Positions 50,067 to 60,181 are shown, counted from the first letter of the stretch. The stretch: 64,000 nt of DNA from Candidatus Krumholzibacteriota bacterium (GCA_041309605.1 JBFYZH010000036.1:23568-87567); one strand, 5' to 3'. The notes: generated from the sequence alone by a model not told the origin. Numbers and translations: made by a program.

Positions 50067-50855
50067 ATGATCAGGGCTCTTTCGACCGCATCGTCTGGCA
50101 TGCAGTCACAGCAGGTATTCATCGATAATATCGCGAACAACCTGGCAAACGTGAACACGCCGGGTTTCAAGAAGTCGCGTGTTGAATTCCAGGATCTTCT
50201 ATACGAGCGCGTCGGGCCGGTGGGCGCCTCCAGGATGACCGGTTCGGCCGACCCGGTGTTCAGCCAGATCGGCCACGGTGTTCGCCTTGCCGCCACCACG
50301 AAAATATATAACCAGGGCGCTTCGCAGAGTACGGAAAACCCGATGGACATGATGATAGACGGAGACGGGTTCTTCCAGATCCTTCTTCCCGACGGGACTT
50401 TCGCCTATACGCGCGACGGAGCGTTAAAGCTCGATTCAGACGGGAACATTGTGACTTCGTCCGGGTTCCAGGTCGAACCGGCCATCAGCCTGCCGCGCGA
50501 AACCACCGACCTGATGATAGCGGGCGACGGGATCGTGTCGGTGCTTCTTCAGTCGGAACAGGAACCGGCCGAACTGGGCCGTTTCGAACTGGTCCGCTTT
50601 CAGAATCCGGCCGGACTCAGGAACATAGGCCATAACCTCTATGCCGAAACGGTGGCGAGCGGCCCCGCGATACTGGGAAACCCCGGTGAAGAAGGGATCG
50701 GCACCATCCAGATGGGGTTCCTGGAGATGAGCAACGTGAGCGTGATAGAGGAAATGATAGGCATGATAACCGCCCAGAGGGCGTACGAGATAAATTCCAA
50801 GGCTGTAAAGACATCGGAAGAGATGCTCGGCATCGCGGCCAATCTCAAGAGGTAA
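50067..50855 (+). CDS. flgG: Flagellar basal-body distal rod protein FlgG
   Basis: 262 aa. Motifs MIRALSTASSGMQSQQ...IANNLANVNTPGFK and the C-terminal ...QRAYEINSK motif. Confidence 0.85.
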   Translation: MIRALSTASSGMQSQQVFIDNIANNLANVNTPGFKKSRVEFQDLLYERVGPVGASRMTGSADPVFSQIGHGVRLAATTKIYNQGASQSTENPMDMMIDGDGFFQILLPDGTFAYTRDGALKLDSDGNIVTSSGFQVEPAISLPRETTDLMIAGDGIVSVLLQSEQEPAELGRFELVRFQNPAGLRNIGHNLYAETVASGPAILGNPGEEGIGTIQMGFLEMSNVSVIEEMIGMITAQRAYEINSKAVKTSEEMLGIAANLKR

Positions 50856-50864
50856 AGCGGGAAG

Positions 50865-51827
50865 ATGAGCAAGATGACTTACATGACGGCGTCCATTGTT
50901 TCAGCGGCGCTGCTGCTCGCGCCGGGCGAATGCGGGGCGGCGGTGCTGACGCTTCGCGAATCCATCGAAACGGAAAGCGACACGGTCAGACTTTCCGATA
51001 TAGTTCTGGAGGATCTCGCAGGCATCGAGGACGTTGTACTCATCGACAGCCCTCCGTGGGGCTCCAAGAAGAACCTGTCGCGCAACTTCGTCGCCAGCCG
51101 CCTCAGGAATCGGGACGTGGAAATTCACGGGCCGATCGGCGTGATCGTCACAAGGAAGATGCTGGAGAAAAGCGCCGAGATACAGTCCGCGCTCGGCGAA
51201 AAACTACGCGGGATGTTCGCTCAGTCCAGGTGGAATGAAACCGGCGGCAAGCTGGAGCTTGAATTCAGGAATTTTCCCGCGAGTCTGCCGGTGCCTCCCG
51301 GCGAAGTCACCATCGAATGCGAACTTCCGGCCAACATATCGAGCTATCAGGTCGTCTCCTTCACCGTCACGACCGGGTCCGGTTTCAACAGGCGCTTTTC
51401 GACCGGCTGCCTGTTTCACCTGATGGCCGACTGCGCAGTCGCCACCAGGGATATCGGAAGGCGGGAAACGGTGGCCGAGGCGGATATCGAGTGGGCGGAG
51501 ATGGACATGGCCTCGTGCTACGGGATGCCGGTCACCGAGAAGACGGATATCCTGGGCATGAGGGTCGACCGCTACGTTAAAAAGGGAAGTGTCATATCCC
51601 TGGACGCCGTCGAAAGGATACCCGAGGTGATGAAAGGGGAGGCCGTGATTCTCCAGGTATCGAAGGGTCTCATGGTGGTCAGCGCGTGGGGCGTGTCGCT
51701 GGAAGACGGATACAGGGGCGACATGATCCTGGTCAGGAACAGCGCTTCGGGGAAAATCGATAAATATGAAGTCGTCGACAAGGGAAAGGTTTCCCCCCTG
51801 TCCGCCGGCTCGAGGGAGGGCAGATGA
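50865..51827 (+). CDS. flgA: Flagellar P-ring assembly chaperone FlgA
   Basis: Signal peptide and C-terminal SAF domain (VKKGSVISLDAV...GDMILVRNSASGK). Position before flgH/flgI. Confidence 0.6.
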   Translation: MSKMTYMTASIVSAALLLAPGECGAAVLTLRESIETESDTVRLSDIVLEDLAGIEDVVLIDSPPWGSKKNLSRNFVASRLRNRDVEIHGPIGVIVTRKMLEKSAEIQSALGEKLRGMFAQSRWNETGGKLELEFRNFPASLPVPPGEVTIECELPANISSYQVVSFTVTTGSGFNRRFSTGCLFHLMADCAVATRDIGRRETVAEADIEWAEMDMASCYGMPVTEKTDILGMRVDRYVKKGSVISLDAVERIPEVMKGEAVILQVSKGLMVVSAWGVSLEDGYRGDMILVRNSASGKIDKYEVVDKGKVSPLSAGSREGR

Positions 51828-52399
51828 TGGCGGGGAGAATGTTTACGGCAGCCATGATACTGGTCCTGATGTCCGGAGCATCGAACGCGCAGCGTCCTCT
51901 CTGGGACGAGGAAGGATCGTTGTACTCCAATCTCAAGGCCTTCAGGGTGGGGGACGTCGTCACGGTCATCATTCAGGAGCAGTCCTCGGCGGAGAGCAGC
52001 GCGAAAACGGACACGAAGGTACAGGGCGAATCGAAGGCTGGGCCGGGTATCGGCACTCTCGATTTTATTTCCCTGTGGGGTCTGACGAACGAGTCCAAGT
52101 ACAAGGGAGACGCCAAAACATCCAGGTCGGGACAGCTCGCCGCCCGCATCACGGTCAAGATCTCGGGGATATTGGAAAACGGGGATTATCTGGTCGAGGG
52201 AAACAGGGAAGTGAATATAAACGGCGAAAGGGAAAGGATCACCCTGAGCGGAGTGATCAGACCCAGGGATATCAATTCCGACAACACGATACTCTCGACA
52301 TACGTGGCCGATGCCAGGATAATGTACGACGGCAAGGGGCACATCGATTCGGGGCACGAACCCGGGATAATAACCAAGATCATCAACTGGTTTTTTTAG
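51824..52399 (+). CDS. flgH: Flagellar L-ring protein FlgH
   Basis: Signal peptide, then FlgH family sequence (SLYSNLKAFRVGDVVTVII...GNREVNINGE...). Overlaps the flgA stop. No lipobox Cys. Confidence 0.8.
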   Translation: MMAGRMFTAAMILVLMSGASNAQRPLWDEEGSLYSNLKAFRVGDVVTVIIQEQSSAESSAKTDTKVQGESKAGPGIGTLDFISLWGLTNESKYKGDAKTSRSGQLAARITVKISGILENGDYLVEGNREVNINGERERITLSGVIRPRDINSDNTILSTYVADARIMYDGKGHIDSGHEPGIITKIINWFF

Positions 52400-52412
52400 G
52401 AGGAAGAGCGAA

Positions 52413-53546
52413 TTGCCGCGATTTCTTGAAAACAATAACGGGTGTTTCCGGATGATAACGGCCGCCATCATCGTTCTGGCCGTTCTTCCTCCCGCCGGAG
52501 CGTCGTGTACCGTCCGGGTCAAGGATGTCGCCAGCGTGGCGGGTACAAACGATATCCAGCTGATCGGCTACGGCCTGATAGTCGGTCTCGGCGGGACGGG
52601 TGACGGCAACAAGAGCGCATTCACGGTCAATTCGATAGTAAGCATGCTCGAAAAACTCGGCATTACCGTTTCGCCCGAGGAAATAAAGGTGAAAAATGTT
52701 GCGGCCGTGGTGGTTACGGCTGAACTTCCCCCGTTCACCGCGCTCGGGACGAGGATCGACGTCACCGTATCGTCCCTCGGCGACGCAAGCAGTCTCGAAG
52801 GCGGCCAGCTCCTGCTGGCGCCTCTCAGGGCTTACGACGGCGTGACCTACGCGGTGGCCCAGGGAGCGGTCTCGATAGGAGGCTTCAATATCGACGCAGG
52901 TGCGGGAAATGTTTTCAGGAGAAATCATTCCACAGTCGGAAGGGTTCCTGAAGGGGCCATAATCAAAAGGCAGCCGGAAGGCGAAGTCGTCACCGACAAC
53001 AAGTTCATACTGACTCTCGACGATCCCGATTATCAGTCGGTGACGAATATCGCCGAGCAGATAAACAATACCTTCAGGATGAAGCTGGCGTCGGCGCTTA
53101 ATTCGAAATCCGTGGAAGTCAGCGTGCCTCCGGAATACAGGCTGAATCCGGTGGCGTTCATAGCGAATGTGGGAAGGATGGAAGTCGCGCTCGATATCAC
53201 GGCGCGGGTGGTCATAAACGAAAGGACCGGCACGGTCGTCATAGGCGGGGAAGTTGAGATAGACGAAGTCGCGATCGCGCACGGGAATCTCCAGGTGGAG
53301 ATAAGGGCGAGTTACGCGGTGAGCCAGCCGATGGCGTTCGGCGACGGCGAATCCGTCGTCGTGCCTGAAATAGAGACCAAGGTCGAGGACAAGGAGGCAA
53401 GGCTGTTTGCGCTGAGGGAATCCAACACGGTGAGCGACATAGCCGCCGCCCTTAACGAACTCGGCATCACTCCAAGGGACATGGTGGCCATCTTCCAGGC
53501 TTTGAAAAGGGCCGGTGCGTTGAGGGCCGAACTCGTGATCATGTAA
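52413..53546 (+). CDS. flgI: Flagellar P-ring protein FlgI
   Basis: TTG start with strong RBS AGGAGGAAG (the alternative ATG at 52452 would shorten the product). Motif RVKDVASVAGTNDIQLIGYGLIVGLGGTGDG. Confidence 0.85.
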   Translation: MPRFLENNNGCFRMITAAIIVLAVLPPAGASCTVRVKDVASVAGTNDIQLIGYGLIVGLGGTGDGNKSAFTVNSIVSMLEKLGITVSPEEIKVKNVAAVVVTAELPPFTALGTRIDVTVSSLGDASSLEGGQLLLAPLRAYDGVTYAVAQGAVSIGGFNIDAGAGNVFRRNHSTVGRVPEGAIIKRQPEGEVVTDNKFILTLDDPDYQSVTNIAEQINNTFRMKLASALNSKSVEVSVPPEYRLNPVAFIANVGRMEVALDITARVVINERTGTVVIGGEVEIDEVAIAHGNLQVEIRASYAVSQPMAFGDGESVVVPEIETKVEDKEARLFALRESNTVSDIAAALNELGITPRDMVAIFQALKRAGALRAELVIM

Positions 53547-53562
53547 AGGACTGGAGCCTGAC

Positions 53563-54048
53563 TTGAAAATACAATCCGAGATTTCCGCCGGATCGGCCGG
53601 CACCACGAATGGGGACGGGCGCGATCTCAAGAAACTGGAGAAGGCGGCGAGGGATTTCGAATCGATCCTCATCGGCCAGTTCTTCAAGCTCATGCATTCG
53701 ACGGTGGGAGACGAGGGTGCGATCGAAAAATCATTTCCCCGCAAATTGTACGAGGAGATGATGCAGGACGAGTTCGCCAGGGAATTCTCCGGCCAGGGAG
53801 GGTTCAACCTGCAGAAGGTTCTCGTGGAAAGATACACTTCCGGCAAACCGGCGGAAGTCGACGCGAATCGCCATCTGCCCGTGGTCGAGGATGCGAAGTC
53901 GTTGAAGAGGCCGGAGGAAGGGTTCAGGGGACAAACGGCCGGATTCGGTCCCCTGCGGCACAGGATGAATCACGGAAAGATAAGTGGAAAAGAATACATG
54001 CAGTTGCAGGGCGACGGTGCGGTCGCCGGGGATGAGCGAAAAAAGTAA
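53563..54048 (+). CDS. Rod-binding protein (FlgJ N-terminal-domain-like, no muramidase domain)
   Basis: Rod_binding-like helix LKKLEKAARDFESILIGQFFKLMHST. 161 aa. Located between flgI and flgN/flgK. Confidence 0.55.
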   Translation: MKIQSEISAGSAGTTNGDGRDLKKLEKAARDFESILIGQFFKLMHSTVGDEGAIEKSFPRKLYEEMMQDEFAREFSGQGGFNLQKVLVERYTSGKPAEVDANRHLPVVEDAKSLKRPEEGFRGQTAGFGPLRHRMNHGKISGKEYMQLQGDGAVAGDERKK

Positions 54049-54058
54049 GGAGAGCGCA

Positions 54059-54592
54059 ATGGCTGTGAGAATTCTGCAGACGGAAGATATGGAAGACAGG
54101 GTGTTGTCCCTGTGCGAGATTATGAAAAACGAGACCGAGGTATGCAGGGAGTTGCTGGATCTTTCCAACGCCGAGCAGGAATACCTCATTAAGAGCGATA
54201 TCGACAGCCTTGCGCGCAATACCGACAGGATGAAGGCGGTGATCGAGAACCTGAAGCAAAGCCAGGCGTCGAGACACAGGTACATGGATGAAATCGCCTC
54301 CGAAATGGATATCGCCGTGGATGCGATGACGATAAAAACGATAAGGACCCTGGTGAAGTCCGACCTGTCCGAAAAGCTCCATAAAACCAGCCGGGAGCTG
54401 ATGAAGATAGGGGAAAGGCTTTATCGGGCCAACCATAACACGGTTTATCTGATCGACTTCTCACTCGAGCTTCTCGATCAGCAGAACAGACTATGGGCCG
54501 AGCTTGTATCCGATAAAAAGGAAGGGTACGCCGAGAAGGGGAACAAGCCCGGCGCGCACACGTACCCGCTTATCGTCGAAAAAAAGGTCTGA
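54059..54592 (+). CDS. flgN: FlgN-like flagellar export chaperone
   Basis: Helical 177-aa protein with strong RBS AAGGAGAG. Positioned directly upstream of flgK, as FlgN normally is. Weak family similarity. Confidence 0.45.
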   Translation: MAVRILQTEDMEDRVLSLCEIMKNETEVCRELLDLSNAEQEYLIKSDIDSLARNTDRMKAVIENLKQSQASRHRYMDEIASEMDIAVDAMTIKTIRTLVKSDLSEKLHKTSRELMKIGERLYRANHNTVYLIDFSLELLDQQNRLWAELVSDKKEGYAEKGNKPGAHTYPLIVEKKV

Positions 54593-54617
54593 GGAATCCT
54601 TTCCGAGGGAGTCGTTG

Positions 54618-55994
54618 ATGGTAACGCTTTTTGGAATGCTGGAGATGAATAAACGAAGTCTTTTTACCTCGCAGTTTTCGCTGCAGACGACGAACCACAA
54701 CATCTCCAATATAAACAATCCGGGTTACTCGAGGCAGGAAGTGCTTCTTGAGTCCAACATACCCACCGTGACCCCGGACGGAATCCTCGGAAACGGTGTT
54801 TCGATCTCCACCATAAGGAGAGCGACCGCCGATTTCTACACCAGGCAGCTTCGCGAGGAGACGTCGTCCATCGGAGGCTGGGACGTGAGAAGCTCCACGC
54901 TTTCGCACATGGAGACGGTGTTCAATGAGCCGAGCGATTCGGGGATGGCCAACATGATCGACGACTTTTTCAAGTCGTGGAACACCCTCGCCTCCCACTC
55001 GGAGAGCGGATCGGCGCGGATAGACATCGTGGAATCCGCGACGACCCTGTGCTCGATGTTTCATTCGATGAATCAGTCTCTCGGTGAGCTGGAGGGCAAT
55101 CTCAACGAACAAATCATCGACGATATAGCGGTCGTCAACGACATATCCGTGAAAATAGCCGGGCTGAACAGCATGATCGTGGAAAACGAATCGATCGGCC
55201 AGACGGCGGGGGATTACAGGGACGAGAGGGACAGGCTGCTCGAAGAGCTTTCAAGGATAGTGAAGGTCGATACGAAGGAGGACGCGTACGGTTCCGTCGA
55301 CGTGTTTATCGGCGGGGTGAACATCGTGCACAAGACGCAGACCGTGCCGCTGGACGTGCTGCTCGACGAGTCGGGAACGATCGTCGACATGCGGGTAACC
55401 CTGAAAGGACGGTCGGTCCCGATCGTGCTTGAAGACGGAGAACTGGGGGGGCTTCTGGCGTCCAGGGACGGATATCTGAAGGACGCCAGGGAATCGCTCG
55501 ATTACCTGGCGTCCTCGTTCATCCGGAACGTCAACGAATTGCACAGAAACGGGTGGACGCCATCGGGCGCCGGGTTCGATTTCTTCCAGGGAACGGACGC
55601 TGCGACGATCGGAGTCGCCTCTGCCATACTGAACAATCCCGACCTGGTGGCAAGTTCCTACGACGGTACGGTCGGGGACAACTCCCTGGCGAACGATATC
55701 GTCGCGTTATCGACAAGACAAATTTCGGCGGACGATCCGTTGACGCTTAACGAAAGATATGAAGCGCTTGTCGCATCGCTGGGCATTCACGGGGCGAACG
55801 CCGAAAACATGGTCAGAAACGAGGAAATGATCGTGTCGAATCTGAGGATGAGAAAGGAAAGCATCACCGGTGTCAGCCTGGACGAGGAACTCGTGAACCT
55901 GACGAAGTTCCAGCAGTCTTACGAGGCCGCCGCTCGGGTGATGACGACTGTAACCGAATTGATAGACACCGTTCTGAACATGAGCGTGATCTAG
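54618..55994 (+). CDS. flgK: Flagellar hook-associated protein 1 FlgK
   Basis: N-terminal rod/hook motif (NHNISNINNPGYSRQ) and C-terminal conserved helix. 458 aa. Confidence 0.8.
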   Translation: MVTLFGMLEMNKRSLFTSQFSLQTTNHNISNINNPGYSRQEVLLESNIPTVTPDGILGNGVSISTIRRATADFYTRQLREETSSIGGWDVRSSTLSHMETVFNEPSDSGMANMIDDFFKSWNTLASHSESGSARIDIVESATTLCSMFHSMNQSLGELEGNLNEQIIDDIAVVNDISVKIAGLNSMIVENESIGQTAGDYRDERDRLLEELSRIVKVDTKEDAYGSVDVFIGGVNIVHKTQTVPLDVLLDESGTIVDMRVTLKGRSVPIVLEDGELGGLLASRDGYLKDARESLDYLASSFIRNVNELHRNGWTPSGAGFDFFQGTDAATIGVASAILNNPDLVASSYDGTVGDNSLANDIVALSTRQISADDPLTLNERYEALVASLGIHGANAENMVRNEEMIVSNLRMRKESITGVSLDEELVNLTKFQQSYEAAARVMTTVTELIDTVLNMSVI

Positions 55995-56005
55995 AGGAGT
56001 GACGG

Positions 56006-57565
56006 ATGAGAATTTCGTTTCAGATGCTGAGCCAGGGGCCGCTGAGAAACATGTCCAGGAGCCTTGAACGGTATTCCAATCTCAACATCAAGGCCGGTTC
56101 GATGAAGAATTTCCAGAAACCATCCGACGATCCGAACGGTGTCAGGAAAGCGATGGCGTTCGACACCCTCATAAAGCAGAACGAAATATATTCGACGAAT
56201 ACGTCCTCGGCGGAGATGTACCTTGATATGGCCGATTCGACGCTGCTCGCAGTCAAGAACCTGGTGGATTCGGCAAGAACCATCGCCCTGGAGATGCGCA
56301 GTTCGACGGCGGATTCGGGCGATAACGTGAGAATGAGCGCATCCATCGAAGTCGGCGGCATCATCGACGACGTCATGGATCTGATGAATACCAGGTTTCA
56401 TAACAAGTACATCTTTTCGGGACACATGGTCGACACGCCGGCGTTCGAACGGGTGGGCGGAGAAATCCAGTACCAGGGAGACGAGAGTTCCATACAATTG
56501 AGGGTCGGTCCCACGAGGATGATCGACGTGACCGTACCCGGATCCGAGTTTCTCTCCATCGGCGAAACCCATAGAATGGTTTCCGCCCACATGACTACGA
56601 TGCTCGTATCGTCGGCGTTGCTCGAGGACCTGAACCTCGGCGGCGGCGTGTTCAGCGGTGCTTTCAGGATGACGAACGGGATCGGTGTTTCTTCGGATAT
56701 CGATATTACGTCCTGTGAGACGCTGGACGACGTGATCGCCCTGGTAAACGGTTCGGGCCTGGGAATCATCGCGGGGGTGAATACGGATAACGGAATTTCT
56801 CTTTATGACGCGGCGGGCAACGGCCTGATGACGGTGACGGAACTGGGCGGAGGAACCAGCGCGTTCGATCTCGGCATACTCGGCACGAGTATAGGGGACA
56901 CACTGATCGGAAGTCCACTGAATCCGCAGTTGTCCGAAGAAAGTCCCGTTACCGGAGTCGATGTGATGGGAAGCATCGCGTTGACAGGAATGAGGATTAC
57001 CGTAAACGGCGTCGCGCGGGACGTCGATTTTCTCAATCCGTCCTACCCTCTGACGGTGGGCGACGTGATCGAGAGGATCAACATGTCGGTTCCGGGAGTC
57101 ACGGCCCGTCTGAACGATACGCGGGACGGGATCGAGCTCATTTCGGACTTCGAATTTACGGTGGAGGAACTGGGTGCAGGGACCACCGCATCGGACCTGG
57201 GTCTTGGCGGAGCGTCTGAAACGTTCGAACCTTACAGTCTTTTCGGAGCCCTGGAGAACCTGAGGACGGCCCTGGAAAACAACGACCCCGGGGCTCTCGA
57301 TTCGATTATCGGTCAGTTGCAGTACGTGACGGATCATGTGCTGGAAGTGGAGGCGGAAGTCGGCGCGAGGGGAAAGCAGGTTGAATCCATTAAAAACCAG
57401 CTGGCGGACAACAGAGTCAACCTGCAGGAGAACCTCTCGCTGATCGAAGACGTGGACCTGAGCGAAGTTCTCACGGAACTTGCGGAATCGCAGGTCGCCT
57501 ACGAGGCCGCTCTGCAAACGGCGTCGACGATCTATAACCTGAGTCTGCTCAACTACTATCGTTGA
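56006..57565 (+). CDS. flgL: Flagellar hook-associated protein 3 FlgL (unusually long, 519 aa)
   Basis: Flagellin-like N-terminal and C-terminal helices. Position between flgK and fliW. Confidence 0.7.
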   Translation: MRISFQMLSQGPLRNMSRSLERYSNLNIKAGSMKNFQKPSDDPNGVRKAMAFDTLIKQNEIYSTNTSSAEMYLDMADSTLLAVKNLVDSARTIALEMRSSTADSGDNVRMSASIEVGGIIDDVMDLMNTRFHNKYIFSGHMVDTPAFERVGGEIQYQGDESSIQLRVGPTRMIDVTVPGSEFLSIGETHRMVSAHMTTMLVSSALLEDLNLGGGVFSGAFRMTNGIGVSSDIDITSCETLDDVIALVNGSGLGIIAGVNTDNGISLYDAAGNGLMTVTELGGGTSAFDLGILGTSIGDTLIGSPLNPQLSEESPVTGVDVMGSIALTGMRITVNGVARDVDFLNPSYPLTVGDVIERINMSVPGVTARLNDTRDGIELISDFEFTVEELGAGTTASDLGLGGASETFEPYSLFGALENLRTALENNDPGALDSIIGQLQYVTDHVLEVEAEVGARGKQVESIKNQLADNRVNLQENLSLIEDVDLSEVLTELAESQVAYEAALQTASTIYNLSLLNYYR

Positions 57566-57588
57566 GCGTGGAAAGGAAGGATGAAGCG

Positions 57589-58059
57589 ATGAAGATCAAG
57601 TCGTCAATCTTCGACGAGATTGAATTCGATGAGAAGGATATCATCGTCCTTGAGCATGGTTTGATAGGCCTGAGCAACCTGAGGCGGTTTGTCCTGATGG
57701 ATTTCGAGGACGAAACCGCGTTTCACTGGTTCCAGTCGGTGGACGAACCGGACATGGGGTTCGTCGTGTCCGAGCCGACCTTGTTCGACGGCGAATATAC
57801 CTTCGCAATCGATAGAAAAATCAAGGAGGAGCTCGAGATCGGGACCGGCGACGACATTGTCGTGATGTCCATCGTGACCATAAAGGACAAGGACAGCGCG
57901 ATAACGGGCAATCTGCTCGGACCCATCGTGGTGAACGCCACCAGGCACAGGGGAGCCCAGATAGCGCTCAATCCCGAAGATTACAGCACGGCCACGCCTC
58001 TTAGGCAGCCGGATCTCGAGGCGATCTCCAACAAGACAGAGGTCGGCTGTACGGCGTAG
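57589..58059 (+). CDS. fliW: Flagellar assembly factor FliW
   Basis: FliW family sequence (IEFDEKDIIVLEHGLIGLSNLRRFVLMD...FHWFQSVDEPDMGFVV). RBS AAGGAAGGA. Confidence 0.85.
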   Translation: MKIKSSIFDEIEFDEKDIIVLEHGLIGLSNLRRFVLMDFEDETAFHWFQSVDEPDMGFVVSEPTLFDGEYTFAIDRKIKEELEIGTGDDIVVMSIVTIKDKDSAITGNLLGPIVVNATRHRGAQIALNPEDYSTATPLRQPDLEAISNKTEVGCTA

Positions 58060-58067
58060 AGGTTGAA

Positions 58068-58325
58068 ATGCTCGTTCTTACAAGGAAGCTCAGGGAAAAA
58101 GTCGTCATATCGACGGACATCATAGTAACTGTTCTTCATATCGACGGCGACCAGGTGAAACTCGGAATACAGGCGCCGAAGGATGTCAGTATACACCGAC
58201 AGGAGATATTCGACGAGATCGTCAAATCCAACAGGGAAGCTCTCCTGCAGACCAGCGACAAGAACGGAGTCTTTCAATCGATCATGGACAAGAAACTGAA
58301 AGCAGGAGGAAGTGAAATAATATGA
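58068..58325 (+). CDS. csrA: Carbon storage regulator CsrA (flagellin translation regulator)
   Basis: MLVLTRKLREKVVISTDIIVTVLHIDGDQVKLGIQAPKDVSIHRQEI is the canonical CsrA sequence. Short C-terminal extension. Confidence 0.9.
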   Translation: MLVLTRKLREKVVISTDIIVTVLHIDGDQVKLGIQAPKDVSIHRQEIFDEIVKSNREALLQTSDKNGVFQSIMDKKLKAGGSEII

Positions 58326-58484
58326 CAGACATCCCGGCCCGCGCCGGGTGATCCGAACAACGCAATCAAACAGGGCGGACTTCCCTTGTGCCGGCGGGCC
58401 GATTTTCAGGGAAACGGCCGGACCGGCGCTCAGGGAGGCCAGGGGAGGAACCCCGAACGTTATCCATGGAAGGAGCGTGTCGTT

Positions 58485-59876
58485 ATGAGTTTCAGGATCA
58501 ACCACAATATCAGCAGCATCAATGCTCTGAGAAACCTCGGCAAGACGGAGTCGTCCGTCTCCAGATCGCTGGAAAGGCTGAGCTCGGGTCTTAGGGTGAA
58601 CAGGGGCGCCGACGATCCGGCCGGACTTGTGATCTCCGAGAGCATGCGCGCGCAGCTCTCCGGCGTCAGGCAGGCCATCGAGAACGCCGAGACGGCGACG
58701 GCGATGATTCAGACCGCCGAAGGAGCCATGAACGAGATCCACACCCTCCTGAACAGTATCCGCGAACTGGTTATCCACGCGGCTAACACGGGCGCCAACG
58801 ACGCGGTGATGCTCGCCGCGGACCAGGACGAGATCGAGAACGCGATCGCGACGATAGACCGAATCGCCGGTCAGACGCAGTTCGGCGTCAAGAAACTGCT
58901 CGACGGATCGAGCGGCGTGACCGGAACGACTACGGACTCGAGCGTGGCCTTCTATGACGCGACCGAAGCCTCGGTGACCGGTTCCTACGCGATCACGATC
59001 ACCACACAGGCCGAACAGGCCCAGGCGACAGCCGGGACGGACCAGACGGCGGTGCTCGGAGCAGCAGAGACGCTCACTATAAACGGTGTGGACATCTCGC
59101 TGGCGTCAGGCATGACCCAGGCCCAGGTTGTCGATATGATCAATACCTATACGAATTCGACCGGAGCGACCGCTTCAATAGTCGCCGGGGCGCTTACCGT
59201 GACGTCGAGAGGGTACGGTTCCGATGTCACCGCGTCGGTGGTGTCCAATGTCGCCGCCGCGACCACCAGTACAGGAATAGGGATAACGGTGGTGACCGAT
59301 ACCGGTGTCGATATAGCAGGCACCATCGGCGGGCTTGCCGCGACCGGCCGGGGAATGGTGCTTACCGGAAACGCGGGCACCGCTGTCGAAGGCATCGCGA
59401 TTTCCACCAGCATGGCGCCGGGAGCCGGCGGGAGCGTCAACATAACCAACAATTCGCTCGTATTCCAGGTCGGAGCCAACAAGAATCAAACGGTGACGAT
59501 AACGCTGAACCGGCTCGTGACCACGGGGATCGGCACGGGGGTGACGAGCAACATGTTCAACAGCCTCAACGACATCACCGTTCTTACCGCCGACCAGGCC
59601 CAGGACGCGATCGAGATCATCGACAGGGCCATCCAGCAGGTCTCTGCGAAGCGCGGCGAACTGGGCGTGTTCCAGAAGAACACACTGGAAAGCAGCACGG
59701 CCAACCTGGCTATTTCGGAGGAGAACCTGATCGCCGCGGAATCGGTCATAAGGGACACCGATTTTGCGCAGGAGATGGCCGAACTTACCAAAAACCAGAT
59801 CCTCCTGCAGTCCGGCACGGCGATGCTTGTTCAGGCGAACCAGATACCTCAGGTCGTGCTGCAGCTCCTGCAGTAG
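58485..59876 (+). CDS. fliC: Flagellin (copy 1)
   Basis: 463 aa with conserved flagellin N (MSFRINHNISSINALRNL...) and C (...LQSGTAMLVQANQIPQVVLQLLQ) domains. Thr/Ser/Ala/Gly-rich central region. Confidence 0.9.
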   Translation: MSFRINHNISSINALRNLGKTESSVSRSLERLSSGLRVNRGADDPAGLVISESMRAQLSGVRQAIENAETATAMIQTAEGAMNEIHTLLNSIRELVIHAANTGANDAVMLAADQDEIENAIATIDRIAGQTQFGVKKLLDGSSGVTGTTTDSSVAFYDATEASVTGSYAITITTQAEQAQATAGTDQTAVLGAAETLTINGVDISLASGMTQAQVVDMINTYTNSTGATASIVAGALTVTSRGYGSDVTASVVSNVAAATTSTGIGITVVTDTGVDIAGTIGGLAATGRGMVLTGNAGTAVEGIAISTSMAPGAGGSVNITNNSLVFQVGANKNQTVTITLNRLVTTGIGTGVTSNMFNSLNDITVLTADQAQDAIEIIDRAIQQVSAKRGELGVFQKNTLESSTANLAISEENLIAAESVIRDTDFAQEMAELTKNQILLQSGTAMLVQANQIPQVVLQLLQ

Positions 59877-59933
59877 AACATGGTCCGAGCCCGCTCAACC
59901 TGACGAGCGCGGCCACATCCACGCGAACTCACG

Positions 59934-59976
59934 GGGCTTTTACCGGTCATATACGGTGGAAGCCCCTTTCTTTGAT
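59934..59976 (+). terminator. Possible terminator hairpin after flagellin 1
   Basis: Stem ggggctt/aagcccc with a ~20-nt structured loop, followed by tttcttt. Confidence 0.35.
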
Positions 59977-60029
59977 ATCCGGCCCGGCATGATCAGGACA
60001 CCTGTCTACGTCGCTCCCGGAAAATAATT

Positions 60030-60058
60030 CTCAAGTCCGCCCGACACCTGCCGAAAGG
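60030..60058 (+). promoter_or_regulatory. Candidate sigma28 (FliA)-type promoter of flagellin 2
   Basis: cTCAAGT-N13-GCCGAAAG resembles the TAAAGTTT-N11-GCCGATAA class. Located ~125 nt upstream of the ATG. Confidence 0.3.
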
Positions 60059-60181
60059 TTATGACAGAAAACGAATGCCATTTAGCGCGGTGCGTGTACT
60101 GGAAAGGAGTGTGCGCTGCGCCGGTGACAGGGAAGTCAACAGGGATCGGCACGATCCCAAACCATGGAAGGAGGAGCTTTA

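Noticed and set aside
55991-57517. 508-aa minus-strand ORF
   Set aside because: Entirely antisense to flgL. The sense strand gives a flagellin-family protein with RBS and operon context; the antisense product is Arg/His/Pro-rich with no domains.
58335-58355. cccggc-ccgc-gccggg hairpin after csrA
   Set aside because: No downstream T-tract, so not called as an intrinsic terminator. It may still be an RNA structural element.
58365-58405. Possible sigma28 promoter ahead of flagellin 1 (TCAAAC ... GCCGATTT)
   Set aside because: The spacing between the -35-like and -10-like elements is ~27 nt, far outside the sigma28 consensus.
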